A stretch of DNA of 64,000 nt from a virus (lineage: Duplodnaviria; Caudoviricetes), in IMG/VR virus record IMGVR_UViG_3300032167_003270, positions 96,001-160,000 of that record; one strand, given 5' to 3'. The position numbers and the translations under genes were made by a program. Shown one piece after another: positions 18,745-29,029 of this stretch (its first letter is position 1; each line of letters opens with the position of its first letter). The notes beneath the pieces are model-generated. The model did not search any database. It saw only the letters and a program-made list of their open reading frames with translations, and was not told the DNA's origin.

Positions 18745-21700
18745 CTAATTATAATCTTCTCTACGAGCAGATGTTGGATTTCCCCCACGATTTGTGTTTG
18801 TGTCTTGATGTCCTTTATATGCTTTCGCATCTCCACGACCTGCTGTTGCTTTATTTTCTTCTCGTCTTGCCTTATCTAATGACGCTTTTTCATTATCAAT
18901 CTGTCTTGACTGTGCTTCAAGATGTTTTAATGCTGCTGTAATATCCTCTGATATATTTGTAGAAGATATTACTCTACCATTATCGTGTTTAGCCTCTTTT
19001 ACATAAGACTTACCTGTTGCTTTATTCTCTCTGTCTTTTTGTTTAGCGTCTTTAACAGATTGTCTTGCGTCTTTATGTGCTTCGGCTCTTTCTTTATGAG
19101 AATTACGAGTTGTTGCAACATCGTGTTTAGCATATCCTGCTTGTATTTCAGGGTTTTTCTGTGTACTTGAACCCTTTTTACGAGCAACTGCGTCAACAAT
19201 ATCTTTAGTTATTGATTCTGCTTCTGCTTTACCAGATACTAAATATCCCTCTTCTAATTGTTTAGATTGATATTGAGCAGCTGCTAATGAACTCATAGCC
19301 TCTTTATTAACAGTCTTCTTTCCACCAATCTTATCTTGAACTTTAGTATTTGCGTCAACAGATGCTTCTGCAATTTGATTATCCAATGCCTTTTTAAGTT
19401 CATCTTTATGGTCTTCTTGAGCCTTATGGTCAGCAGCCTCTTCAAATGAACTATATTGTCCTAAATCGTGATTTTCTAATGTTTCTCGATTTATTCTTTC
19501 ATTTATATCAGATACAAGACTTGCAGATTTAGAATTGATATTATTCTCTCTTTCTGCTTGTTGTTGTTCAAATGCTTCTCGTTCTTTAGCAATATCATTG
19601 ATTTTCTGTTGATTTGCTGCCATTTTCATTTTAAGAGATATAAGTTCATTTGCTGCTCGTTTCTTTGCAGCGTCAAACTCTTCTCCCTCTTGACGGTCAA
19701 CAATCTCTTTTCTTGATTCAGCAATTTTAATTTGTTCTTCTAAAGAATTATGTTCTTTATTTAATTCAAATTGTTGTGCCTCTTTACTAAATACAGAACC
19801 TTTCTGTTCTGCCTTTAATTTATCAATTTCTTGCTTTCTTGCTAATTCTTCAGCAGTAAGCATTGATTCATTAAAATTGATACCTGTTTCAGAAGAAGAA
19901 TATGTATCTCTAATCTTCTGTTGTTCTTCAAATTCAAGATTTTTCTGATATGAAAGAGAATCTTGTGCAATTTTTGCTTGAGTTTTTGCAACCAAAGCCT
20001 CTGCTGCTTTTCTTTTCGCACTACGAGAATTTGCCACATTTGAATTTCTTGCATTATTCATTTCAGAATTAATCTTAAATATACCTTGTCTTTGAGCACC
20101 CTCATTGAATACATTATTCTGTGCTTGATGTAACATTTTAGATAATCTATTACCCTTATTTGCCTCATAAATAGCGTCACCATTTTCGTTATAACCAACG
20201 ATTTTAGATTTTCTATCATAAGCATCTATTGCCCCACTAGCCTTTTGTCTAGCCCATTGTTTAACTGCTCTTGCATTACGAGAATAATCTTTACATACAG
20301 ATTGTTCTGCTCTTTCTAACATTCTCTTTAATGTAGATTGAATCATAGGGTTGAAATAGAATAATAAACCAACTAAAAATACTGCTAATAATAAATCCAT
20401 AAATTTAGGAGATATAACAGCAGAAATTATAAATAAAATCAAATCAAAGAAAATACTATATACTGTAATGTGAATTAAACTTACTACCATTAAACCTAAT
20501 ATAGTTTTACCTGTTTCAATAAGTTTTTTATTACCTGTTATTAAAAATGGACCTGCTAATGTCATACCTATTAAAGCAAAGAACATTCCTAATTTAGCAA
20601 ACATTACATTTAAAGCATATTTTAATAAACAGATTGCTAAAACTGCTAAAATTATAGTAAATAATAATAGTGATATAATACCACTACCAACATTGTTATT
20701 TGCTAGTCCTAAAATTATATTAGTAATTCTAGTCTTTTCAGTTGAATTTGCATTATTATAACATACTTGTAAATATGTTATCATTGAATCTAATTTTTGT
20801 TCTGCTACAACAGTATTTGTTTCTGGTAATGTTTTATTTCCAACTGTCTTTTCTTTGGCACTTGAATTAGCAAACCAAAAATAATAACCTAAATTATTAT
20901 CAAAGTTATCTTCAAAATTTTCTCCACATTTTAAATATGTAGATGCTAAAGTACCACCATCATCTCCAAATTTACTTACATCTAAATCAGCAATATCATC
21001 TACTGCAAATTGAGTACATAATTGTAATTCAATAAATGATTTATTGATTAAACTCATTTCTTGCATTTGTGTTACTTGATTTTGTCGTTTTTCGTCCACA
21101 ATATCAGTTACAAATATATCTGTTTCTGTTGAACTACTTAATGAACCTGCAACTGCATACATAAGTTTTTCTGTTACATCTGATAAAGAACTTCCTAATG
21201 TAGAAATTCTTCCAGATAAACACATACCAATTACTAATACACCACATAAGGATGTAACAATAATATTACTTAAACTTTCTGTTTTATTACTTGCACGAAC
21301 ATATCTAATTACATACATAACTAATGCAAAAATAAACATTATAATTGCAAATGCCATAAACGCTGAAATTCTACCCTCATCAGCATTACCAATAAAAGTT
21401 TCAGTAAAGTTATTTGCTAAATCGTCTAATCGTAAAATCTCTAAAATGGCTTTCATATCAATATTTTTGGCTTTTACAATTAAATCAATAATAAAATAAG
21501 CAACTGTAGCCAATAATTTTACAAACCAATATCCAATATTTCCAAACCATTTATTTTTACAATGAGATAACGCATATAATCTTAATGATACTATTTCTTC
21601 ACTATTTACATTTTGTAAATCACTTAATGTTACTTTTCCTTCTGTATCAAAAGCACATATATCTGTATTAGATGTATCAAATCCCCAATAATCTTTTGCA

Positions 21701-22113
21701 GATACCGTATTATTTCCATCTTTACCTGGATTTGGTGTTCCGTCACTTGATAAAGATGTTCCCTCTACTATACAACTATCATAAGTATCTATTAACTCTC
21801 CATCATCATTAGTTGTATTTGCCTCTGGTAATCCAGCATTAAATGTTACTAAATTTCTTGTTTTACCATATAATACATCTAATCCAATAGATGTTATTTC
21901 TGGTTGTGAAGAATCGGTTGACGGTACATCAAATGGATATGTACTATCAACGTCAGCATCTAATTCATCATTAATATTATTCCAATTCCACTTAATATTA
22001 CTAAAACCTTTTTTAGCATATACAATATTAAAACATAATAATGTGCTTATTATTAGTAATACAGATAAAATAATCACAGGACTATATGATTTTAATTTGT
22101 TTTTAAAATTCAT
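18745..22113 (-). CDS. large polytopic membrane protein, VirB6/TrbL-like, with coiled-coil C-terminus
   Basis: signal peptide, two TM clusters separated by soluble loop, long charged tail; conjugation context. Confidence 0.6.
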   Translation of the reverse strand: MNFKNKLKSYSPVIILSVLLIISTLLCFNIVYAKKGFSNIKWNWNNINDELDADVDSTYPFDVPSTDSSQPEITSIGLDVLYGKTRNLVTFNAGLPEANTTNDDGELIDTYDSCIVEGTSLSSDGTPNPGKDGNNTVSAKDYWGFDTSNTDICAFDTEGKVTLSDLQNVNSEEIVSLRLYALSHCKNKWFGNIGYWFVKLLATVAYFIIDLIVKAKNIDMKAILEILRLDDLANNFTETFIGNADEGRISAFMAFAIIMFIFALVMYVIRYVRASNKTESLSNIIVTSLCGVLVIGMCLSGRISTLGSSLSDVTEKLMYAVAGSLSSSTETDIFVTDIVDEKRQNQVTQMQEMSLINKSFIELQLCTQFAVDDIADLDVSKFGDDGGTLASTYLKCGENFEDNFDNNLGYYFWFANSSAKEKTVGNKTLPETNTVVAEQKLDSMITYLQVCYNNANSTEKTRITNIILGLANNNVGSGIISLLLFTIILAVLAICLLKYALNVMFAKLGMFFALIGMTLAGPFLITGNKKLIETGKTILGLMVVSLIHITVYSIFFDLILFIISAVISPKFMDLLLAVFLVGLLFYFNPMIQSTLKRMLERAEQSVCKDYSRNARAVKQWARQKASGAIDAYDRKSKIVGYNENGDAIYEANKGNRLSKMLHQAQNNVFNEGAQRQGIFKINSEMNNARNSNVANSRSAKRKAAEALVAKTQAKIAQDSLSYQKNLEFEEQQKIRDTYSSSETGINFNESMLTAEELARKQEIDKLKAEQKGSVFSKEAQQFELNKEHNSLEEQIKIAESRKEIVDRQEGEEFDAAKKRAANELISLKMKMAANQQKINDIAKEREAFEQQQAERENNINSKSASLVSDINERINRETLENHDLGQYSSFEEAADHKAQEDHKDELKKALDNQIAEASVDANTKVQDKIGGKKTVNKEAMSSLAAAQYQSKQLEEGYLVSGKAEAESITKDIVDAVARKKGSSTQKNPEIQAGYAKHDVATTRNSHKERAEAHKDARQSVKDAKQKDRENKATGKSYVKEAKHDNGRVISSTNISEDITAALKHLEAQSRQIDNEKASLDKARREENKATAGRGDAKAYKGHQDTNTNRGGNPTSARREDYN

Positions 22114-22137
22114 TTTATTTTTACCCCCTTTCTTATT

Positions 22138-22632
22138 TTATCCTGCATTTTCTCCACTTTGTATATATTCATAATATTCCCTTGAAACACATCTCATAAA
22201 TCCGTGTGTTTTATAAGGGTCAAATAATACTACTAATTCTTCTGTTGTTTCGTCTTTATAATTGGCTACTATATATAAAACTTCGTCATTGGAGTCAATT
22301 ATATCTACAGATTTAATTGGTTTTGTTGCATAATTATCTACTAAAGTCATATATCTATCTCTATTTGCATATTGCTCACTAGATAATTTTTCTAAATCAT
22401 TATAAGAAACTTGTGCAACTATTAAAGTTTCTGTTTCTTCTGTTGTTTCTTCTTCCGATGCGTTCCAATTAGGGTCAGTTGTATTTACTGCCCATTGTTG
22501 GTCATCTGAAAAATCGTCATCCACTATTGTATTATCTTTATTAGTCTTATTTATAACAATTACAACCATTGTAATTAAAAAGGCTAATAGTAATACTACA
22601 AGTGCAATTATTATTTTAACTTTTCTACTCAT
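22138..22632 (-). CDS. hypothetical membrane-anchored protein
   Basis: N-terminal TM helix. Confidence 0.75.
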   Translation of the reverse strand: MSRKVKIIIALVVLLLAFLITMVVIVINKTNKDNTIVDDDFSDDQQWAVNTTDPNWNASEEETTEETETLIVAQVSYNDLEKLSSEQYANRDRYMTLVDNYATKPIKSVDIIDSNDEVLYIVANYKDETTEELVVLFDPYKTHGFMRCVSREYYEYIQSGENAG

Positions 22633-22647
22633 AATTTACTTACCACC

Positions 22648-23910
22648 TTATTCTACTGGATTGACTGTCACATAAAGTTGAAGTCCTTCCCCACTTGTTA
22701 AATTATCGCCTTTCCACATTGACAATACAAAATTAGAACTTGTATGTGGACCTTCAAATCCACCAGCCATTCCTAAACCAGGGTCAATTACAAAAAATAT
22801 ATCTTCTGCATATCCTGTAATTACGATTGCGTGAGCACTTTCTGTACCATCACTTTTTGTATAACTTTTATAAGCAACAATTCCATAAGGGTTATTATCT
22901 AATATGGTTTTTAATTCAGACGCATTTGACCAACCACTTGTTACAGATTCAGTTTTTACTGTATGACCGTCTACTGTATAAATACCATCCCAAACAGCAC
23001 TCCAAGTAGTTTTTGCACCACGATTCTCTAATGACAAATCCCATACCCATTTCTCATTATTTGAATTATCTTCTGCAAAATTTTCGTCTATTACTTCTCC
23101 ACTATAATCTAATGTATCATCTCGTAAATAACCCCAATTAGGCATATCATAATTTACTTTACCATTATTAAGTGCAAAATCTTCCGAACCATATTTTGCA
23201 CCCCAAGAAGATTGGTCTGAACCCGTACTACTTGTGACGTTTCCGTTTGTAACACCTCGTACAGAAACACCTGTATAAGTTTGGTATTGTGTATTTGCTA
23301 ACATTTCAGCGTCATATTGTCCTGTTTCATCCCACATATAATCATATAAATTTATGTTTTGTCCAGCATAATATCTTATTAAAAGATTTAACATAGATGT
23401 ACAAGTACAAGGATATGAACCATCTTGAACAACATAATGTCCATTTAAATTCTCTAACTCAAATCCAGATTTACCATTAGAACAATATTGTTTATATAAC
23501 TCACTTTTCTTCATAGCACTATCTGCGTCAATTTCACAATAATAGTGTGGAGTTTTTCCGATTGTTTGACCAATACTAATACCAATTATAGTAATATTAT
23601 AAGCTAAAATTACAACAGCACTTACAATAGCAATTACTTTAATATTACTAACAACAAATGTTATTGCTTTTTGTACAGTTGCAATTACTTGTTGTGCTTT
23701 TTTATATGCTTCATAACCTTTTATTTTACTTGCAATACCATTTTTAAGAAATTCCTTTTTATCTTTTGCTTTAGCAAATTGTATAAGTTTAGAATTATTA
23801 GAAATTTCTTTTCCTTTTTCTTTTACTTTACCTACCGTATTATCTCTGACGTTTTGCTTAATACGAGAGGTCGCATTTGAGGCAAATTCTTGCCATTTCT
23901 TTTGACCCAT
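22648..23910 (-). CDS. membrane-anchored papain-fold (C39-like) peptidase
   Basis: Q..SYPCTCTSMLNLL (Cys), AHAIVITGY (His), VIDPG (Asp). Confidence 0.65.
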   Translation of the reverse strand: MGQKKWQEFASNATSRIKQNVRDNTVGKVKEKGKEISNNSKLIQFAKAKDKKEFLKNGIASKIKGYEAYKKAQQVIATVQKAITFVVSNIKVIAIVSAVVILAYNITIIGISIGQTIGKTPHYYCEIDADSAMKKSELYKQYCSNGKSGFELENLNGHYVVQDGSYPCTCTSMLNLLIRYYAGQNINLYDYMWDETGQYDAEMLANTQYQTYTGVSVRGVTNGNVTSSTGSDQSSWGAKYGSEDFALNNGKVNYDMPNWGYLRDDTLDYSGEVIDENFAEDNSNNEKWVWDLSLENRGAKTTWSAVWDGIYTVDGHTVKTESVTSGWSNASELKTILDNNPYGIVAYKSYTKSDGTESAHAIVITGYAEDIFFVIDPGLGMAGGFEGPHTSSNFVLSMWKGDNLTSGEGLQLYVTVNPVE

Positions 23911-23912
23911 AA

Positions 23913-24209
23913 TTACATATCCCTAATTACAGATAAAATTTCTTCCTTTTCCTTTTTAGATAAACCATCTGATAAAGATGCTATATAATTCTTAATAGTT
24001 TTTTCAGATGCTTTCATAGAAAAAGAAATTTCTTTATTATCAACATCGCCAGATATGTCAATAAAATTTACACCTTTTTCGTGTCTAACTGCTATTGCTG
24101 CATTATCAAGAATATGACAACATCTTTTTTTACCTACATTGGCTTCAGATGCTCTACATAAACTACATCCACCATCTTTTCTCGCTCTTATAACGCCTGC
24201 TTTTGCCAT
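23913..24209 (-). CDS. small Cys-rich hypothetical protein
   Basis: CSLC...RCCH; AAAGGAG RBS. Confidence 0.7.
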   Translation of the reverse strand: MAKAGVIRARKDGGCSLCRASEANVGKKRCCHILDNAAIAVRHEKGVNFIDISGDVDNKEISFSMKASEKTIKNYIASLSDGLSKKEKEEILSVIRDM

Positions 24210-24229
24210 CGTTAATCTCTCCTTTCTAT

Positions 24230-25564
24230 TTATAACATTTTCTTAATTACCCAACTTGTACCACTCTTTTCTACTAATAAATATGTAGAAACTGAATAAT
24301 AAAATCCTTGTGGTGTCTTAATTGTATATGTTACCGTTGCATTATATCCTAATGCGTTTGTTTCTGTGTGTAATTCAAATGTGTCTAAACTAATATATGT
24401 TGCATCATATGTATTAAATTGTCTTACATTTAAGAAATCTTGTGATGTATCTCTCTTATTATATAAATCACTTAATGTCTTATCTACTTTGATTTTTGCT
24501 GCATTCTTCTCTGATTCTTCTACTAATGTATCTTCATTAAATAAAAATGCACTATGAACTTCTATTTCTTCAAATTCACTTTGATGTGGGTCAATTAATG
24601 AATATATTGACATATCTGATGCAGGTCTGTAATAAGATACTCCCTTTTCTTTATCATTTACTAATTCTATTGGTAAACAAAATTCATATCTTGTTACTGT
24701 GGTCTTTCCTCTTTGCATAATTTGACCACCTGATGTGATATAATACTCATTTATATCTTGACCTTTTCCACTTGACATACTAATCTCATTTGCTGACATT
24801 GATACATCTTCATTTACTACCTCTGTTGTTTCAGTAGTTACTTCTTCTGTTACTACTTCTTCACTTGTTTCTGCATTTAACATATCTTCTGCTGATACTT
24901 CTTCATTAGATACATCTTCTTCACTTGTAGGCTCTGCTGATTGTATATCATTTCCGTCTGCTCCGTCTGTTGGTGTTGCAGGTGGTGTTGTAGGCTGTGT
25001 TGGTTGTGTTGCAGTAGTTGTTGTAGGCTCTACTCCAAAACCATTTCTCTGTAATTGCTTAATTACCTCTGGGTCAGTTACAACTGTATCAAATGATTTA
25101 ACTTCAACATCCATAGAAAAATATACCATAGCAAATGTACTTGTTTTCTTAATCAACTTATCAATATAAATTGAATTTTTATCTACCTTTGCATATTCAT
25201 AACTAGGGTCTAATCTAATATATTTATCAAATAATGTTTGACTATTATCTACAATATATTCATTTACACCCTCAATAGGAAAATATAATGTACTTGTCTT
25301 TTGTGTGATTTGTGTGTTTACATCATCTGCTGTTAAACCTTTTTTGAAAAATGTATTATATGTTCCAAATATAATTAAGGCTACTAATATAATCGCACTT
25401 ACACTAAATATGATTATTTTATTTGATGTCTGCTTTCTATGTAATGCTTGTATCTTGGCTTGTCTTTCCATTATCTTTTCTTGGATAGATGCCTCTAATT
25501 CTCTTTGTCTTTTAGCCTCTTCTGCTTTTTGTTGTTCTGGTGTTTTTCCTAAATTTAATTTCAT
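24230..25564 (-). CDS. putative TcpC/VirB8-like conjugal transfer protein
   Basis: cytoplasmic coiled N-terminus, single TM, two extracellular domains ending ...SWVIKK. Confidence 0.5.
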   Translation of the reverse strand: MKLNLGKTPEQQKAEEAKRQRELEASIQEKIMERQAKIQALHRKQTSNKIIIFSVSAIILVALIIFGTYNTFFKKGLTADDVNTQITQKTSTLYFPIEGVNEYIVDNSQTLFDKYIRLDPSYEYAKVDKNSIYIDKLIKKTSTFAMVYFSMDVEVKSFDTVVTDPEVIKQLQRNGFGVEPTTTTATQPTQPTTPPATPTDGADGNDIQSAEPTSEEDVSNEEVSAEDMLNAETSEEVVTEEVTTETTEVVNEDVSMSANEISMSSGKGQDINEYYITSGGQIMQRGKTTVTRYEFCLPIELVNDKEKGVSYYRPASDMSIYSLIDPHQSEFEEIEVHSAFLFNEDTLVEESEKNAAKIKVDKTLSDLYNKRDTSQDFLNVRQFNTYDATYISLDTFELHTETNALGYNATVTYTIKTPQGFYYSVSTYLLVEKSGTSWVIKKML

Positions 25565-25577
25565 TTTAAATTGCCTC

Positions 25578-26405
25578 CTATTCTATGTATTCCATTGGGT
25601 CTACACATTCCCCATTTATTCTATATTCATAATGTAAATGTGGTCCAGTTGTTCTTCCTGTATCGCCAGTAGTTCCTATTATTGTTCCTACACTTACATA
25701 ATTTCCTATCTCTACATATATTTCGTCACAATGAGAATATAATGTACTTGTTCCGTCTTTATGTTGTATCTCAATATAATTTCCATAACCATCATTATAT
25801 GTACATTGTATTACTATTCCTGTCTTTGTAGCATAAATACTCTCCCCAATATTTGCTTGTAAATCTACACCACTATGAAATGTAATATTATCTCCAAATG
25901 GGTTATTTCTATATCCAAATGGGGATGTTACATTTATTTCATTTAAAGGTGTTACCATTATATTAGGTTTATATATCTTTGAATTTGAATTTACTATTTC
26001 TGTATATTCCTTTTCTATATTTTTATATGTGGCATCTCCTACTGTTGATATTCTTATTTTATTTGTTGTAGGGTGTACTAAATAAAATTGGTTATCCGTA
26101 ATTATGAATATAGGCTCATTTATTTTTAATAATGCTTGATTTGGAATTATATTTACTCCCTCATTATGATATGGCTCTATTCTTTCATAATGACTATCTG
26201 CATAATTAATAAATTCTTCTATGCTTTTATAATCCGTTTCTAATTTGAATAGTTTTGTTACAGCATTTAGAAATTCTAAATTATTATCAATTTCTGTTTC
26301 TATTCCTAATTCGTCTATTGTTTCTTCTATTCCTTTGGCTTGGATTGTTTCTACATTACTTATTACTAATAATAGAATAAACAATATTATTATTGTCTTT
26401 CTCAT
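25578..26405 (-). CDS. M23 family peptidoglycan endopeptidase
   Basis: signal peptide; HSGVDL (HxxxD), GYGN, YSHC, TGPHLHYE. Confidence 0.93.
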   Translation of the reverse strand: MRKTIIILFILLLVISNVETIQAKGIEETIDELGIETEIDNNLEFLNAVTKLFKLETDYKSIEEFINYADSHYERIEPYHNEGVNIIPNQALLKINEPIFIITDNQFYLVHPTTNKIRISTVGDATYKNIEKEYTEIVNSNSKIYKPNIMVTPLNEINVTSPFGYRNNPFGDNITFHSGVDLQANIGESIYATKTGIVIQCTYNDGYGNYIEIQHKDGTSTLYSHCDEIYVEIGNYVSVGTIIGTTGDTGRTTGPHLHYEYRINGECVDPMEYIE

Positions 26406-26439
26406 TTCTTAAATTCCTTCCTTTTTGTTATACCTATAT

Positions 26440-26460
26440 AAATTAAATAGCACTTTATTT
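26440..26460 (-). promoter_or_regulatory. recurrent 21-bp motif heading transfer operon
   Basis: AAATAAAG-TG-CTATTTAATTT about 35 nt upstream of M23 start. Confidence 0.65.
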
Positions 26461-26509
26461 TTATATATTTATTAATTGAAAATTTTTTAATTTATTTTGA
26501 AATTTATAG

Positions 26510-26538
26510 TTGACAAGTAGAACATTATGTGCTAATAT
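26510..26538 (+). promoter_or_regulatory. sigmaA-type promoter
   Basis: TTGACA-N17-TAATAT with extended -10 TG. Confidence 0.65.
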
Positions 26539-26628
26539 ATAAACACGATAAACAATTAAAAAACGCTTGAAACCCTTGAAAATAGGGCATTTCCGAGAAA
26601 ATAATTTACGGAAAATAGTGAAAAATTG

Positions 26629-26657
26629 TTTACAAATTCGATAGTTTTTGTTATAAT
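26629..26657 (+). promoter_or_regulatory. sigmaA-type promoter
   Basis: TTTACA-N17-TATAAT with extended -10 TG. Confidence 0.7.
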
Positions 26658-27007
26658 ATATGTATAGTAAATGATTTAAATACAGTTCAAAGTTGCCCAC
26701 TTTGGACAAGTCTTAAAAGGAAAGGAAATTATAAAAATGACCCTACATTGAATCTAACGTGAATATTTAAAATGAATATTCTCAAATCTAATAGGAATAT
26801 ATCACATAGTTTTTCAATAACTAATATTCCTATATCTGTTAATCAGTTTATCTATAGTTTTTTAAAAACAAAAAACACATCATCGACTAATAAGTAATCG
26901 ACTAATCTTAAACAAAAAATTTCAAGGGAAAAATTAAACAAAACCAAAAATGGGGAAAGTATAGGCTAGTTTCCAAACATTTAGGATGCTTATTTTTAAA
27001 ACCTTTA

Positions 27008-27035
27008 GGTTTACATAATATCTTTTATGTAAACT
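27008..27035. other. dif-like tyrosine recombinase site
   Basis: GGTTTACATAA-TATCTT-TTATGTAAACT (11-6-11); right arm equals the TTATGTAAACT arm of B. subtilis dif. Confidence 0.7.
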
Positions 27036-27042
27036 TTATTTT

Positions 27043-27117
27043 TTATGTAAACTGATTTTATTAAAACCAAGTTATGTAAACTAATTTTCGTTATGTCAAC
27101 CATTTTGGTTTACATAA
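27043..27117. repeat. extra TTATGTAAAC half-sites
   Basis: copies at 27043, 27072, 27091 (TTATGTCAAC) and inverted at 27107. Confidence 0.85.
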
Positions 27118-27123
27118 TTAAAT

Positions 27124-27148
27124 AAAAAAGCCACCTAAAAAGGTGGCT
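27124..27148 (-). terminator. rho-independent terminator
   Basis: AGCCACCT-TTTT-AGGTGGCT then T run. Confidence 0.85.
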
Positions 27149-27179
27149 CACTCTCCAAGAGAGTATATATAGGGCAATA

Positions 27180-28064
27180 CTAATATGCGATAAAACCTTC
27201 ACTTGTGGCTCTACAAGAAGGACAACACATTCTAGTTACATTCTCTTCTCTCCACTCGGGAGTTGTAACTACAAAGTAGTTTTCAACGATAGAAAAACTA
27301 ATAATACCATTATCAGTCATATACTTATCTATCCAAGTTCCGTCACCATAAGGCATATCCTCGCCATTACTAAAACATACATAAGTTGCGTAATAACCCT
27401 CTGCTCTATGAAGAATGTAACCATTCATAGATACAAGTGGAGTACCACACATACACTTTGCTACATTAGGGTCTGCTGTACCACAAACTGTACACTTACC
27501 ATTTGAATAAGTGTGGCTAGTAGTATTTGTGTAGTCGCTTACATAAGTATCTCCACAGCTACAAGTATAAGTTGTATAACCATTATTTACGCAGGTTGCG
27601 TTTGTTACAGTTGTCTTATAATTGTGTGTATGACTAGGAGTGCTAGGTGTTTCAGTTGTACTAGGAGTGCTAGGTGTTTCACTAGGCTTATTCTCACTTG
27701 GAGTTGTGTTTGGAGTTTCAGTTGTAGTGTTGCTAGGCTTATTCTCGCTAGGAGTTTCTACGCTAGGCTCTTCAACTGTTTCTGTTGTTTCTTCAACTGT
27801 TTCAGTAGTTTCAGTAGTTTCAGTTGTATCTTCTACGATTTCAATAGTATCTTCTACGATTTCAGTAGTGTCGATAGTAGCACCAACTTCTGCAATAATC
27901 TCGCCCTCTGCTTCTGCAACTGTTGAGTTCTTCTTGATACCACAACCAACTACTACCATTGCGAAAATTACCATTGCACACATAATTGTTGTAATTGCTA
28001 CTCTCTTCTTATTCTTATTTGTTGTGTTTGTTGTGTTAATCTTCATAATAATCATTCCTTTCAT
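27180..28064 (-). CDS. lipoprotein with T/E/P/S tandem repeats and His/Cys-rich C-terminal domain
   Basis: lipobox VVGC; TPSENKPS repeats; HTHNY...ATC...GYTTYTCSCG, CTVCG; start may be 28046. Confidence 0.8.
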   Translation of the reverse strand: MKGMIIMKINTTNTTNKNKKRVAITTIMCAMVIFAMVVVGCGIKKNSTVAEAEGEIIAEVGATIDTTEIVEDTIEIVEDTTETTETTETVEETTETVEEPSVETPSENKPSNTTTETPNTTPSENKPSETPSTPSTTETPSTPSHTHNYKTTVTNATCVNNGYTTYTCSCGDTYVSDYTNTTSHTYSNGKCTVCGTADPNVAKCMCGTPLVSMNGYILHRAEGYYATYVCFSNGEDMPYGDGTWIDKYMTDNGIISFSIVENYFVVTTPEWREENVTRMCCPSCRATSEGFIAY

Positions 28065-28071
28065 TTTAATA

Positions 28072-28231
28072 TTGCCCTTGTTTACTATATACTAATAATA
28101 ACATACTTTTTTGAATTTGTAAACAATTTTTTTATTATTTTCTAATTTTTTTTATTTTTTATAATCAACCTTGCCCTTGTTTGATTATATATACATTATA
28201 GCATAAGTTTTTTCATTTGTAAACAATTTTT
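28072..28231 (-). promoter_or_regulatory. tandemly duplicated promoter/leader cassette (~100-bp period)
   Basis: TTTACA-N17-TATAAT (28223..28195) and TTTACA-N17-TATTAT (28123..28095), each followed by AAACAAGGGCAA. Confidence 0.75.
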
Positions 28232-28298
28232 TATAAAAATTATAAATTTTTTTTAATTTTTTAGATAATATATTTTATACCAATAATGCCAATATTAT

Positions 28299-28640
28299 TT
28301 ATATTTTTTCTATCAATGAAATAGGTTTACCACAATACGGACAGAATTTATATTGCTTAACAAAACTCTCTTCAAATTCGTGATAGCAAGATGTTTCATA
28401 CATTCTATCATCATCTATTGTTCTATGATATTTCCATTCACAGAAATCTTTATTATATTCTGCAAGTTGATTAGCAATATTTATAATATTATCAATTTCA
28501 ACTTTATAACAAAGTTCTCCTTCAAAACAATCATTTTTATATTTACATTTATTACATATAATATTATCACAAGGATAATTTTCTTTTTCTCTTTCTAACC
28601 ATTTAGTTAATTTTTCTACAAATTGTTTTTCTCTACTCAT
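28299..28640 (-). CDS. phage-like Cys-rich hypothetical protein
   Basis: CNKCKYKNDC, FCEW, YKFCPYCGKPI zinc ribbon. Confidence 0.75.
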   Translation of the reverse strand: MSREKQFVEKLTKWLEREKENYPCDNIICNKCKYKNDCFEGELCYKVEIDNIINIANQLAEYNKDFCEWKYHRTIDDDRMYETSCYHEFEESFVKQYKFCPYCGKPISLIEKI

Positions 28641-28644
28641 ATTA

Positions 28645-28830
28645 CTAACCTTTCAATTCTTTTGCAATTTCGTCAACAAAACTTTCAAATGCGATACAAC
28701 TATTTGTATAACTCAAATGGTCATTATCTTGAAAGCATAAATCAATATCATAACATTGATATTTCAATTTTAACTGTTTTGCAAAATCACTAATTGCTTT
28801 ATTACGAATTTCTTGTTCATTATTATACAT
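28645..28830 (-). CDS. small phage-like hypothetical protein
   Basis: IRNKAISDFA...VDEIAKELKG; AGGGGG RBS before ATG 28830. Confidence 0.65.
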   Translation of the reverse strand: MYNNEQEIRNKAISDFAKQLKLKYQCYDIDLCFQDNDHLSYTNSCIAFESFVDEIAKELKG

Positions 28831-28883
28831 ATATTTATTGCCCCCTAAATATTGTAATATTAAAATCATTGATTTATACTTAT

Positions 28884-28912
28884 ATTATATCAAATAATAT
28901 TTTATTTGTCAA
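28884..28912 (-). promoter_or_regulatory. consensus sigmaA promoter
   Basis: TTGACA-N17-TATAAT, TG extension. Confidence 0.8.
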
Positions 28913-29029
28913 CAAATTTTATAAATTTCTTACTTATATATAATATGCAAGTTGTCATTATAATATAACTGAAAAAAGCAATAAAATTTAATAATTTGTC
29001 CAAAATTTTTAAAAATTATGGTAAATATC

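Noticed and set aside
26461-26709. 82-aa - strand ORF
   Set aside because: TTG start without RBS, overlaps two + strand promoters, composition looks non-coding.
27600-27870. Short tandem DNA repeats as a non-coding array
   Set aside because: They are in-frame coding repeats of the lipoprotein's T/E/P/S stalk.
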